From Candidatus Spongiisociaceae bacterium (GTDB lineage: Bacteria > Actinomycetota > Acidimicrobiia > Spongiisociales > Spongiisociaceae), in assembly GCA_965262915.1 (NCBI GenBank), contig OZ253564.1, positions 2,784,001 to 2,848,000 on the forward strand: DNA of 64,000 bases, read 5' to 3'. A program made the translations under genes and the position numbers. This document shows positions 20,160 to 32,864 of the stretch, one piece after another (positions within the stretch are counted from its first letter, which is position 1; each line of letters starts with the position of its first letter). Under the pieces are notes generated by a model. That model saw only the letters and a list, made by a program, of their open reading frames with translations. It had not been told where the DNA came from and did no database searches.

Positions 20160-20927
20160 TTCCAAGCAGTGGTGCACCTCTGTCGTCGACGTGGGAGGCC
20201 GCCAGTTGATCGACAAAGTGGCGGGTAGAACGGCAGAGAGCGCCGTGTCGTGGTTCCTCGCACAGCCAGCCGATTGGCTCGAGGGGATCCGCTGAGCGGT
20301 GCCGGGTCATGTCCGGTCCGTATCGGAAGGCGTATGACAGGGTGCTACCGGACCCCCTCCAGGTAGGGGATCCGTTCCACGTCATACGCCTCGCCAACCA
20401 GCGTCTCGACGGAGTACGACGCCGGGTCCACAACGAAACCCTCGGCCATAGAGGACGCAAAGGTGACGCGCTCTACGGCATACGCCGCCTCCTCACCGCC
20501 GCTCATGAGAAGATCAGCGACCGCGGTCAAACCCGCTTGCGCGGTTTCCTCGATGCTGGTGACCCCCACGGGGAGGTACGCACGGCCTGGCATGCGAAGG
20601 AAACCGTCCGAGGTATCTACAACATTGAGAGTCCGGTCCTCGCTCTCCAGTACACCCTCCAGCTCGCAGACGACCTCCAACACGAATCCTGCCCACCCGA
20701 GATCAACAAGTTGGGTCGCACCATCGCCTGTTGGACCCCCAGATCACCAACTGGCACATCTCGAAGGTAACCAATGGACCCACCGAAGCTCTCAACAACC
20801 TGATCAAACGAATCAAACGAGCAGCCTTCGGGTTACCCAACTTCGCGAACTACCGAATCCGGGCCCTCCTATATGCGGGGAAACCCAACTGGGACCACCT
20901 CGCATCGGTCACTCCCTACTGAGATCC
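20160..20927 (+). pseudogene. ISL3-family transposase remnant (5' truncated, frameshifted); terminus split by IS110 copy 1
   Basis: VVDVGGRQLIDKVAGR, MSGPYRKA, DPFHVIRLAN, TNGPTEALNNLIKRIKRAAFG..NFANYR; remaining terminal GATGAGCC at 22405-22412. Confidence 0.8.
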
Positions 20928-20954
20928 ACTCATAATTAGAAGGTTCCTGGGCTA

Positions 20955-21130
20955 GGGCGGGTCTGACCCAACTGAAATCTGGCCTTGTGCCTTTTCATCG
21001 ATCTGTCGGCCCGTTCCCGGCCTGGGGCGTGACGCCCGTGACCCGGGGCGGATGTGACCTAATAGGAGCCTTCAACTTCTCCACCGTGAGTGGCCTGTCC
21101 AACCGCACACGGGTCCGGGGATCGGAAATG
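20955..21130 (+). ncRNA. Candidate IS110 bridge RNA, copy 1
   Basis: Scaffold shared with 22573-22750; segments match own target (ACTGAAATC, TCATCGAT) and donor (ATAGGAGC, TGAGTG); ends approximate. Confidence 0.75.
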
Positions 21131-21158
21131 ATTCTATCCCCTAGAGGAGAAGAGCATC

Positions 21159-22388
21159 ATGGGAGAAGCAGACCAGATTATCTACGGTGGGGTTGACACC
21201 CATCGGGACGTCCACGTAGCAGCGGTGGTGGATGGCGTCGGGCGGGTACTGGGATCGGAGTCTTTCGCGGTGGAGGAATCCGGTTATCGGCGAATGGTCA
21301 CCTGGTTCGAGTCGCGGGGACAGTTGGTTCGGGTTGGGGTGGAAGGAACGGGTAGTTACGGCGCCGGCCTGGCCCGTTACCTGACCGAGATGAACATCGA
21401 GGTGGTGGAGGTCAACCGCCCCAACCGCCAACTACGCCGCCAGAAGGGCGGCAAGACCGACAGCGTCGACGCCGAGGCGGCAGCTCGGGCAGCTGCCTCG
21501 GGCGAAGCAACCGCGGTTCCCAAGTCCGGTGTGGGCCCGGTCGAGTGCATACGGATGCTGTGGGTGGTGCGCCGCTCCGCGGTCAAGGCCCGCACCCAGG
21601 CCGCTAACCAGATACATGCGCTGGTCGTAACAGCTCCCGAGCCGCTAAAACACCAGCTAAAGGGCATGAATCTCAAAGCACGGGTCAAAACCTGTGCCCG
21701 GTTCCGACCCGGCACAGACCACACCACCACCGCGTATGCGAAGCGTGCCCTACAGCATTTGGCCCGCCGGTATCAGGCTCTCGACGTAGAGATCGCCCAA
21801 CTCGAAGCCGAGATCCGGCGTCTCTGCGCCCAGGCCAACCCGGCCCTGCTGGCCACAGAAGGTGTCGGTCCTGACACAGCCGCCGCGTTGTTGGTCGCCG
21901 CCGGCGACAACCCCAAGCGAATGAAATCGGAACGGTCTTTCGCGGCGCTGTGCGGCGCCAGCCCCGTCCAGGCGTCATCAGGACGAACCCTTCGGCATCG
22001 TCTCAACCGGGGCGGCAACCGCCAAGCCAACAACGCGCTATGGCGGATCGCTACCACCCGGATGCGCACCGACGCCGCCACCAAAGCCTACGTGGCACGA
22101 CGCAAGGCCGAGGGCAAGAAGAAAAAGGAGATCATCCGCTGCCTCAAGCGGCACATCGCCCGAGAAATCTACCGGCTCCTCACCAACCCGCACCCAACCC
22201 CGAACTGCGCCCGCCTACGCACCCGACGCCAACAACGCGGCATCACCCTCACCCAGACCGCCCAAGCCGTCGGAACCCACCCCAATCGCATCTCAGCACT
22301 CGAACACGGCCGAGACCACAACCACCACCTCGCCACCCGATACCAGAACTGGCTGCACACCCACCAAACCGCCCCATCATCGATTTGA
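21159..22388 (+). CDS. IS110-family DEDD recombinase with C-terminal XRE-like HTH
   Basis: GVDTH, GVEGTG, KTDSVDA, SSG, RLNRGGNRQAN, RCLKRHIAR; C-term LRTRRQQRGITLTQTAQAVGTHPNRISALEHG. Confidence 0.93.
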   Translation: MGEADQIIYGGVDTHRDVHVAAVVDGVGRVLGSESFAVEESGYRRMVTWFESRGQLVRVGVEGTGSYGAGLARYLTEMNIEVVEVNRPNRQLRRQKGGKTDSVDAEAAARAAASGEATAVPKSGVGPVECIRMLWVVRRSAVKARTQAANQIHALVVTAPEPLKHQLKGMNLKARVKTCARFRPGTDHTTTAYAKRALQHLARRYQALDVEIAQLEAEIRRLCAQANPALLATEGVGPDTAAALLVAAGDNPKRMKSERSFAALCGASPVQASSGRTLRHRLNRGGNRQANNALWRIATTRMRTDAATKAYVARRKAEGKKKKEIIRCLKRHIAREIYRLLTNPHPTPNCARLRTRRQQRGITLTQTAQAVGTHPNRISALEHGRDHNHHLATRYQNWLHTHQTAPSSI

Positions 22389-22572
22389 CAACCATAGGAG
22401 CATCGATGAGCCGCTTTGGACCGCCTTGTCTGGTACGCCGGGTGGGCCTCCAATCAGGCCCTGCGCGGAAACGTGGGTGTGGTGGGGTGGCATCACTCAT
22501 AATGGGTGGTGTCCCATGGGTGGTGTCCGGTTCTTTGGCGGCCGCTGCGCATGGGTGGCCCGGTTGGACCGG

Positions 22573-22750
22573 GGGCGGGTCTGACCCTGGTGAAATCTGG
22601 CGTGTGGTGCGCCTTTCCAAGGATCTGTCGGCCTGTCCCCGGTCCGGGGGGAGGGTTTTGGCTCGAAGCGGACATGACCTTGTAGGAGCTTTAGCTTGCC
22701 AGCACCGTGAGTGTATTGTCTGCCGTTTTTGGCCGGAACCCCATTTGGAA
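22573..22750 (+). ncRNA. Candidate IS110 bridge RNA, copy 2
   Basis: CCTTTCCAAGGAT (22612-24) is the exact reverse complement of this copy's right junction (26805-17); GTAGGAGC matches its own right end; ends approximate. Confidence 0.75.
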
Positions 22751-23164
22751 AGACGGTAGTCCACGGGGAGGTGGGTCGTGTCAGAGGATGGGGTTGTTGT
22801 TTTCGGTGGGGTTGACACCCATCGGGATTGAACCGTACCGGGTTTGCCGGAGAGTGTTTTAGTTGAGTCCAGCTAGCTGGACTCGTTCCTGTTGTTGATG
22901 GTAGTTGGCCTCCTTTTCTGCTGGTGGGATGTCTCCGATGGGTTCGAGAAGCCGCCGGTGGTTGAACCAGTCGACGTATTCGAGGGTGGCGTACTCGACT
23001 TGGTCGAGGTCCTTCCACGGAGCGCGTTTGTGGATGAGTTCTGTCTTGTACAGGCCGATGACGGATTCGGCGAGGGCGTTGTCGTACGAGTCGCCGACCG
23101 AGCCGACTGATGGTTCGATGCCGGCTTCGGTGAGCCGGTTCGTGTAGCGAATGGACAGATATTG

Positions 23165-25556
<2,392 letters not shown>

Positions 25557-26874
25557 GACTCCATTATCTCCCAACCAATAGAGTCTCCGGGAAACCCGGG
25601 GCGGTTCAGGATACGCATGTGGGGGCGTTGGTGGATAGCGCTGGTCGGCTGCTGGGTTCGGAGTCGTTCTCCGCGGAGGCATCCGGGTATCGGCGTATGG
25701 TCGCCTGGTTCGGGTCGCAGGGTCGGCTGGTTCGGGTCGGGATGGAAGGGACAGGCAGCTACGGCGCCGGCCTGGCTCGCTATCTGACCGCAGCCGGGAT
25801 CGAGGTGGTGGAGGTGAACCGCCCCAACCGGCAACTACGCCGCCAGAAGGGCGGCAAGTCTGACAGCGTCGACGCCGAGGCACCAGCCCGGGCGGCTGCT
25901 AGCGGGGAGGCGGCGGCGGTTCCCAAATCTGGTGATGGGCCGGTTGAGTGCCCTGCGGATGCTGTTGGTGGCCCGCCGCTGGGCGACCAAGGCCCGCACC
26001 CAGGCGGCTAACCAGATCCATTCTGTGATCGTTGGTGCCCCAGAGCCGGTAAAACACCAGCTCAAGGGCCTCAACCTCAGAGCACGAGTAGCGGTTTGTG
26101 CCCGCTGGCGTCCCGGCCAAGCACAGACCACAGCCGCGTACGCGAAGAAGGCTCTACGCCACCTGGCCCGCCGATACCAAACCCTCAACGCTGAGATCAC
26201 CCAACTCGAGAGAGACATCCGCCGTCTCTGCGCCCGGGCGAACCCGGCGTTGTTGGCCGCCACCGGTGTGGGCCCTGACACAGCCGCCGCTCTGCTGGTC
26301 GCCGCCGGCGACAACCCCGGGCGAATGAAAACAGAAGCGTCCTTCGCGGCGCTGTGCGGCACCAGCCCTGTCCAGGCATCATCAGGACAGACCATACGGC
26401 ATCGTCTCAACCGGGGCGGCAACCGCCAAGCCAACAGCGCTGTGGCCGATGCGCTACCACCCGGATACGTACCGACGCTGCCACCAAAGAATATGTGACC
26501 AGACGCCAGGGAGAAGGCAAGAACCGAAAAGAGATCATCCGCTGCCTCAAACGCCACATCGCCCCACAGATCTACCGACTACTCACCAACCCGCCACCAA
26601 CCCCGAACTGCGCCCGCCTACGCAACCAGCGCCAACAAGACGGCATCACCATCACCCAAGCCGCCCAAGCCCTCCGAACCCACACCGCCCGCATCTCAGA
26701 ACTCGAACACGGCCGAGACCACAACCACCAACTCGCCAGCCAATACCACAACTGGCTCCTAACCCACCAACCCGCCCCGTCACCGACTTGACAACCGTAG
26801 GAGCATCCTTGGAAAGGGGGTGAGGCCCAGCTGGAATCGGCGAATAGCCAAGACGCCGATCCAGGGAGGCCTCA

Positions 26875-28068
26875 GTGTCTGATCTCATGTCCGTTCGTCT
26901 GCACCTGTGGGGTGTTCGCGTGAGGGGGGTGGGAGTCGATTCTGTTGACCGCCTCGAGGTCGAAGTGGAATCAACCCGGGAGTGGTCGAGGTGCCCTCAC
27001 TGCGGGTTCAAGTGTCGACGGGTCTGGGACAGGAGACCGAAGAGGGTTCGTGACCTGGAGGTGAGCGGTCGGCGAACGACGTTGGTGTGGCGACGGCGGC
27101 GGTTCGAATGTGGAAACTGTGGTGAGCGGCATCTCGAGGACCATGCCCAGTTCCAGGGTGGGCTGTCTCGGCGGTTCGCCCGCCGGTTGGTCCGGGACGC
27201 CCGGGTGATGTCGATTCGGGCTGTGTCCCGCCATCATGGGGTTGGGTGGCATCGGATCATGGGCCTGGTGAGAGCCCACTCTGAGCGGGTGGCTCAGCGT
27301 CGCCGGGCCGGGCCCACCCGTGTGCTGCTGGTGGACGAAACGTCGATTCGGCGTCGGCATCGGTATGTGACCGTGGTGGCGTGCGGTGACAGCGGCGAGG
27401 TGTTGGCGATGATCCCAGGCCGTACGAAAGCATCGCTGACCAGGCTCTTTAGGGATCAAGGAGCGGACTGGTGCCGGCGGGTGGAGATAGTCGTTTCCGA
27501 CGGGTCCCGCTCATATCAGGCAGCCATCGCGCAGTATCTACCCGACGCTCTTCATGTGTTGGATCGTTTTCATGTGGCGCGCTGGTTCACCGAAGGACTC
27601 ACCCTGGTACGGCGGGAGATACAACGCCGTCCCCCAGATCAGCGGCCCCCAACATACGAACCGGACGTGTTCCGAGCCCGCTTCACCCTCCTGCGCCGGG
27701 CCGGCAATCTCAGCGACGCCCACCAGGAGCACCTAGACCGGCTGTTCGACGCTCATCCCCGTCTCCGTACCGCCTGGGCCGCTCTCCAGGAGCTCTACCG
27801 GATCTACGAAGCCGACGACCTCGACGCGGCCAACGAGGCGCCGGGACGGTTCGCTGATCTCTACGCCACCGTCCAGATCCCCGAATACCGCGAAGTTGTG
27901 GACACGATCATCGCTTGGGGAGAAGAGATCCTAGCCTACCATCTTAGCAGACGAGCATCCAACGGACCCCTCGAGGGGATCAACAATGTCCTCCAGGTCC
28001 TACGAAGAGTCGCTCACGGGTTCACCAACTACGACAACTACGCAGCCCGAGGACTCCTTGTAACATGA
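26875..28068 (+). CDS. ISL3-family transposase
   Basis: CPHCG / CGNC zinc finger, LVDETS, VSDGS, LDRFHV, SNGPLEGINN, GFTNYDNY. Confidence 0.9.
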   Translation: MSDLMSVRLHLWGVRVRGVGVDSVDRLEVEVESTREWSRCPHCGFKCRRVWDRRPKRVRDLEVSGRRTTLVWRRRRFECGNCGERHLEDHAQFQGGLSRRFARRLVRDARVMSIRAVSRHHGVGWHRIMGLVRAHSERVAQRRRAGPTRVLLVDETSIRRRHRYVTVVACGDSGEVLAMIPGRTKASLTRLFRDQGADWCRRVEIVVSDGSRSYQAAIAQYLPDALHVLDRFHVARWFTEGLTLVRREIQRRPPDQRPPTYEPDVFRARFTLLRRAGNLSDAHQEHLDRLFDAHPRLRTAWAALQELYRIYEADDLDAANEAPGRFADLYATVQIPEYREVVDTIIAWGEEILAYHLSRRASNGPLEGINNVLQVLRRVAHGFTNYDNYAARGLLVT

Positions 28069-28117
28069 CCCCCACACCGAGCACCAGAACAGCCAAAACC
28101 CACGTTTCCGCGCAGCC

Positions 28118-28134
28118 TCCAATCATTTATTGGA
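28118..28134. promoter_or_regulatory. Palindrome upstream of IclR gene, possible operator
   Basis: TCCAAT-cattt-ATTGGA; also the ISL3 insertion site. Confidence 0.4.
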
Positions 28135-28166
28135 ATAGGCTACTGAGGTATGAAAGAATCACTCCG

Positions 28167-28934
28167 ATGACGGGTGGTGACGCCAGAGCTCAGACAGTTG
28201 TGAGGGCCCTGACCCTTCTTGGACGCTTCTCAGCAGAGGAGCCTGAGCATACAGCCACCGAACTGAGCGTCGCGACGGGGATCACGGTTCCGACAACTCA
28301 TCGGTTGCTGAAGACCTTGGCGTCGAAGTCGTTCTTGGTTTTAGATCCCGAATCCAAGAAATACAGCCTCGGTCCAGCGGTCGTCCAGCTCGCAGGAGCC
28401 GTTCTTGGGCGTGACAACCTACTGGAACTCGTTGACCCCGTTCTTATCGAGCTGCGTCGTGCGTCAGGTGAAACCGCTTCGCTTCACTGGCTCGTTGACA
28501 ACGAGAGAGTGTGCATCGCCGAACGGGCTAGCCATCAGTCGATCCGGATGTCCTCTGGCTTGGGTCGCCGCTACACACTGCACGCTGGTGCCGCCGGGAA
28601 GGTCCTGCTCGCCAGTCTTCCGCCGGCCGAAATGAAGTCTTATCTCGATCGAGGCTACTCCGCCAACACAATCCACACAGCACGAATTGAGCTGGAGGAG
28701 GACCTGGCAGCAATTCACGCCAAACGTTACGCGCTGAGCCAAGGGGAAGTGGTAAAGGGCGCAGCCGCAATCGCTGCACCGATCAGGGATTCCTCCGGAT
28801 ACCCGATCGCCGGCATCAATGTCACGGGTCCGAGCGATCGCTGGACTAGAGAGACGATGGAGTCATTCGCGCTGCAGATCCTCTCTTCAGTCGAGGCAAT
28901 CGAGCACCAGAGCGGCCACGCCGACAATGTCTAA
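28167..28934 (+). CDS. IclR-family transcriptional regulator
   Basis: QTVVRALTLL, TTHRLLKTL, YSLGP, GETASL, AAGKVLLA, IAAPIRD. Confidence 0.93.
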   Translation: MTGGDARAQTVVRALTLLGRFSAEEPEHTATELSVATGITVPTTHRLLKTLASKSFLVLDPESKKYSLGPAVVQLAGAVLGRDNLLELVDPVLIELRRASGETASLHWLVDNERVCIAERASHQSIRMSSGLGRRYTLHAGAAGKVLLASLPPAEMKSYLDRGYSANTIHTARIELEEDLAAIHAKRYALSQGEVVKGAAAIAAPIRDSSGYPIAGINVTGPSDRWTRETMESFALQILSSVEAIEHQSGHADNV

Positions 28935-28996
28935 TGCGCAATGCGGTGGACGCTGTTTTCTGATTGACGGGTGGTCGTCGCCTGCCGGTATGACTG

Positions 28997-30187
28997 ATGA
29001 ATAGTCAACGGGTTTATGTGTTGGCATGGGCACGGACTCCTTTCGGCCGCTTCGGTGGAGTACTCGCAGACGTCAGACTCCCCGTCCTAGGAGCAGTGCC
29101 AGTAAAGGAGTGTCTGCGACGGGCCGCACTTGATGGCGGGGATGTCGACGAAGTTGTTTTCGGAGTCAACTTCCCGGGTTCGGAGAGATCTGTTGCCAGG
29201 CAAGTGGCCTTGCGCAGTGGGTTGCCGGACGAGTGCAACGCCCTGACAGTCGACCGCGCCTGTTGTTCGTCCATGACAGCTGTAACGGTTGCATCCCGCG
29301 GCCTACGAATCGGAGACACAGGGATTGCTATTGCGGGAGGAGTCGACAGTCTCAGCCGGGTTCCGTACTTCATCGAGGACATGCGTTTTGGAAGCCGCCG
29401 GGGCAATGTTCAACTCGAGGATCAACTCGTGATCTCCTGTCCTCATACTGGTGCTGCTCGAGCAATTCAAGCTTCCATGGAAGCGAAGGAGTTTGGGGTG
29501 GACAGGAGAGCCCAGGACGATTGGGCGCTTCGCAGCCAAGCAAGATATGAGCGTGCACGTGTCGCGGGCCTCCTCGACTCGGAAGTGACACCGGTGGACG
29601 TCTTGGACCGAAGTGGGAACCAAGTGAGCCTGCATGATGACGAGGTTCCCCGACCGGATTCGACCCTCGACGACCTTTCAGCTCTGCCGACCGTCAATGG
29701 AAGTGAAACTGTTACCGCTGGGAACGCTCCAAACATGAGCACCGGGGCTTCCGCATTGTTGCTCAGCAAAGACCAAGTTCTGACAGCCGTTGGAGCCACG
29801 GTGACGCTGGAGGCATGGACCCAGGTGTCAGGGGATCCAGCTCGCATCGCATCGATCCCCGCCCGGGCCGTAGCTGAGTGTCTGTCACATGCGGGGCTCG
29901 ATGTTGACTCCGTCGATGTCATAGAAATCAACGAAGCGTTCGCGGCAGTACCATTGGTCTCAAGCTTGGTCCTTGCCGAGGGCGACTCCTCAAGAGCCTC
30001 TCGACTTCAAGAGAAGGTCAATGTCAACGGTGGAGCTATTGCCGTTGGCCACCCAACTGGAGCCTCTGCTGGGCGGTTGATAATGGCCGCTGCAGGTGAG
30101 CTAATCCGGAGGGGAGGAGGAGTCGGCGTGACCGCGATATGTGGAGGGATTGGCGAGGCGGAGGCGCTTCTGGTACGCGTCTCTTGA
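28997..30187 (+). CDS. Thiolase (acetyl-CoA C-acyltransferase family)
   Basis: RTPFGRFGG, RACCSS, TAGNA, EINEAFA, NVNGGAIAVGHPTGASA, CGGIG. Confidence 0.93.
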   Translation: MNSQRVYVLAWARTPFGRFGGVLADVRLPVLGAVPVKECLRRAALDGGDVDEVVFGVNFPGSERSVARQVALRSGLPDECNALTVDRACCSSMTAVTVASRGLRIGDTGIAIAGGVDSLSRVPYFIEDMRFGSRRGNVQLEDQLVISCPHTGAARAIQASMEAKEFGVDRRAQDDWALRSQARYERARVAGLLDSEVTPVDVLDRSGNQVSLHDDEVPRPDSTLDDLSALPTVNGSETVTAGNAPNMSTGASALLLSKDQVLTAVGATVTLEAWTQVSGDPARIASIPARAVAECLSHAGLDVDSVDVIEINEAFAAVPLVSSLVLAEGDSSRASRLQEKVNVNGGAIAVGHPTGASAGRLIMAAAGELIRRGGGVGVTAICGGIGEAEALLVRVS

Positions 30188-30296
30188 TTTCGCAGCTAGC
30201 GCCCTAATCCTGAGGACTAGTCACGCTTGACTTGTCTCACATATTGGTGTAGGATTCTAAGGTTCGATGAACGCGTTAGATTGGAAGGAGATACTG

Positions 30297-31646
30297 ATGG
30301 GGCGAACCGGGAGTCGACCAGCGAAAAGTAGGGCCCGGGTACTCGCCCTGGCGGTAGTGATAGCGCTTACGGCATCCGCCTGCGGCGCAGATGACAGCGA
30401 CGACACGAGTACATCAGAATCGCCGACGACGAGCCAAGTCGATTCAACGGAGCCGACAAGCGGGTCCTCCGAGACCACAGAAAGTCCGTCAATGCGTGAT
30501 TCTCTTCTGGAAAGGCTTCCGGCGGAGGTTCACTCCCTGACCGAAGACATTCCCGACAACCTGCTGCAACTTCTCGTTGACGTGCGCGATCAGGGACCCG
30601 GGGAGCTTGTCTGGGTCGATGCGGGTGGTGAAGTGCACGAAGGGTGGAGCGAAGCCTTTCTCGACGATTGGGAGACAATAACCGGTTGGACTGTGATCGA
30701 GGCGGCCCCAGGGCTAGACCTCTCTACTGCAGCCGTGCAGGCTCAGGTCGACTCCGAAGCCACAGAGTGGGACGTGTTCGCCATCTTGGATTACGGAACG
30801 GCTGAGCGTCTTGCATTAGAAGGCTACTGGGAGCCCATTGATTACAGCCTTTTCGACGTTGCTGCGCTCCCCGACGTCGCCTTTTACTCGGATGCAGAAG
30901 GCAACCTCGTCAGGGGTGGCTCAGGAGAAGCAATCCCATCGCAGGGTTACTACGTGGGTGCCTCAGACTACGGAATCGTCCTGCATTACAACACCGACGT
31001 GTTTGCGGCCGGTTCCCAACCCGGCTCAACACTTGACTTCTTTGACGTCGAGCAGTTCCCCGGCAAACGGTGCGCGTTCAACTTCGCACAGTTCGGTGGC
31101 AACCTCGAGTTCGCCGCTATGGCCAACGGTGCTACGTGGGACGAGGTCTACGGCGTACTAGACACTGAGGAGGGGCGACAGGCAGCTTTCGACCGATTTG
31201 ATCAAATCTACGACGAGATCGTCTGGGCAAACAGCGGCGCTGATTCCATTCAGTTCCTGCTAGATGGCCAATGCGACCTTGGCATCACATTCAACGGTCG
31301 ACCAGCACTTCGCATCAAACAGGAACCGGAACTGCCGGTGGCCATTACTTGGGGTGGAAGCATCATCAACGGTGGACCGTTTGCCATTCCCAAGGGCGCT
31401 CCCAACTACGATGCCGCCCACTCCGTCTATGCGCTCTCCATGCTTCCCTCCCGGCAGTGTGCGGCGCTGAATGCAATCGGCTACGGCGTAGTAATGAACG
31501 CTGATCCATTCCCGGCTTGCCTTGACGACTTTGGATCCGAGTGGGCACCGCAATACGAAGCGGCTGCCGGACTTGCCGATCCATTCTTCTTCTCCGACCG
31601 ACCCGAAGTCGAAGAGGCTTGGGCGGAGTGGCAAAGCGGCCACTAG
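30297..31646 (+). CDS. Extracellular solute-binding lipoprotein (PotD/PotF-like)
   Basis: RBS AAGGAG; lipobox TASAC; DFFDVEQFPGKR, LEFAAMANG, AIPKGAPN. Confidence 0.87.
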   Translation: MGRTGSRPAKSRARVLALAVVIALTASACGADDSDDTSTSESPTTSQVDSTEPTSGSSETTESPSMRDSLLERLPAEVHSLTEDIPDNLLQLLVDVRDQGPGELVWVDAGGEVHEGWSEAFLDDWETITGWTVIEAAPGLDLSTAAVQAQVDSEATEWDVFAILDYGTAERLALEGYWEPIDYSLFDVAALPDVAFYSDAEGNLVRGGSGEAIPSQGYYVGASDYGIVLHYNTDVFAAGSQPGSTLDFFDVEQFPGKRCAFNFAQFGGNLEFAAMANGATWDEVYGVLDTEEGRQAAFDRFDQIYDEIVWANSGADSIQFLLDGQCDLGITFNGRPALRIKQEPELPVAITWGGSIINGGPFAIPKGAPNYDAAHSVYALSMLPSRQCAALNAIGYGVVMNADPFPACLDDFGSEWAPQYEAAAGLADPFFFSDRPEVEEAWAEWQSGH

Positions 31647-31692
31647 GACGCAAGAAGGCTTCATAGCACAGTTATGAACGCCTAGCGCCACG

Positions 31693-32757
31693 TTGAAGAA
31701 GGCAATGCGAGCGGCTCTGATGGTCGGGCAAAACGAGCCGCTCGCGATATCCGAAGTTGATTTTCCACGAGTTTCCCCCGATGGCGTGGTCGTCAAGCTT
31801 GATGCTTGCGGCGTATGCAGGACGGACTGGCACATCTGGAAAGGACACTGGGATTGGCTGGGGGTCCACCCACAGTTGCCTTTGATACTCGGGCACGAGA
31901 TGGCTGGGGTTGTTGTGGAGGTGGGCGGCGAAGTCCGGAATCTTCATGTGGGCGATCGCGTTGTTGCGCCGTTCCACTACTCATGCGGCCTTTGCAGTCA
32001 GTGTCAGGCGGGCTTTCAGAACCTCTGTGAGCATCCCCAGTTTCCTGGATCTTCGATCCAAGGCGGATTCGCAGAGTATGTGCCTGTCCCACGTGCGGAA
32101 GTGAACCTGCTTATGTTGCCGGACAGTGTCGATGCACTTGCTGCAAGTACCCTTGGCTGTCGATTCATGACGGCATTTCATGGAACGGTCGAGGTTGCAC
32201 AGTTGCGGCCAGGAGAGCGGATCGCTGTTTATGGATGCGGTGGGATTGGTCTGTCAGCAGTGATGATCGCCTCTGCCTTGGGTGCCGAGGTCATTGCAGT
32301 TGACATCGATGATGTGAAGCTTGAGAAGGCCCATGAGGTTGGCGCCAGCTTCAGTGTCAATAGTTCGAGCGAGGACCCAGTGTTAGCAATCAAGGAGTTC
32401 ACCAACGGTGGTGTTGAAGTGACGATCGACGCTCTCGGCATAGAGGAAACAGTCCAGAACTCAATCGGCAGCCTACGCGTGCGTGGGCGGCATGTTCAGA
32501 TCGGACTTACTACGGCAAAGGAGCGAGGTATGGTCCCGATGCCCATAGATATCATCGTTGCCCAAGAGATCCGGATCTCGGGCTGTCATGGCATGCCGCG
32601 ACCGCGCTATCCAGATCTACTGAGGATGGTCGACAAGGGGCAGCTCCAACCGGCTTCCCTGATTGGCCAAGAAGTCAGTCTTGGGGATGTGAATTCTGTA
32701 CTTGACGGGATGTCAAGTTTCGAAAACGTCGGGTTCTCAGTAATCACTACATGGTAA
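31693..32757 (+). CDS. Zinc-dependent alcohol dehydrogenase
   Basis: CGVCRTD, GHE, CGLCSQC..NLC, GCGGIG. Confidence 0.93.
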   Translation: MKKAMRAALMVGQNEPLAISEVDFPRVSPDGVVVKLDACGVCRTDWHIWKGHWDWLGVHPQLPLILGHEMAGVVVEVGGEVRNLHVGDRVVAPFHYSCGLCSQCQAGFQNLCEHPQFPGSSIQGGFAEYVPVPRAEVNLLMLPDSVDALAASTLGCRFMTAFHGTVEVAQLRPGERIAVYGCGGIGLSAVMIASALGAEVIAVDIDDVKLEKAHEVGASFSVNSSSEDPVLAIKEFTNGGVEVTIDALGIEETVQNSIGSLRVRGRHVQIGLTTAKERGMVPMPIDIIVAQEIRISGCHGMPRPRYPDLLRMVDKGQLQPASLIGQEVSLGDVNSVLDGMSSFENVGFSVITTW

Positions 32758-32864
32758 AGCTGGATTGGCAGCAATCTTGCCTTCTGACGATCTGTTTGAG
32801 AGTGGAATGCAATCCTCTGAAGAGCGCGACGTCTCGATGAGTCGAGCGACCAGAATGCTAGAGA

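Larger units (their letters stand above)
20928..22404 (+). mobile_element. IS110-family element, copy 1 (intact)
   Basis: Left end ACTCATAAT and right end TTGACAACCATAGGAGCATC shared with copy 2; no terminal IRs. Confidence 0.85.

Noticed and set aside
28065-28166. N-terminal extension of the IclR ORF
   Set aside because: Derived from the ISL3 right end; real start likely ATG 28167
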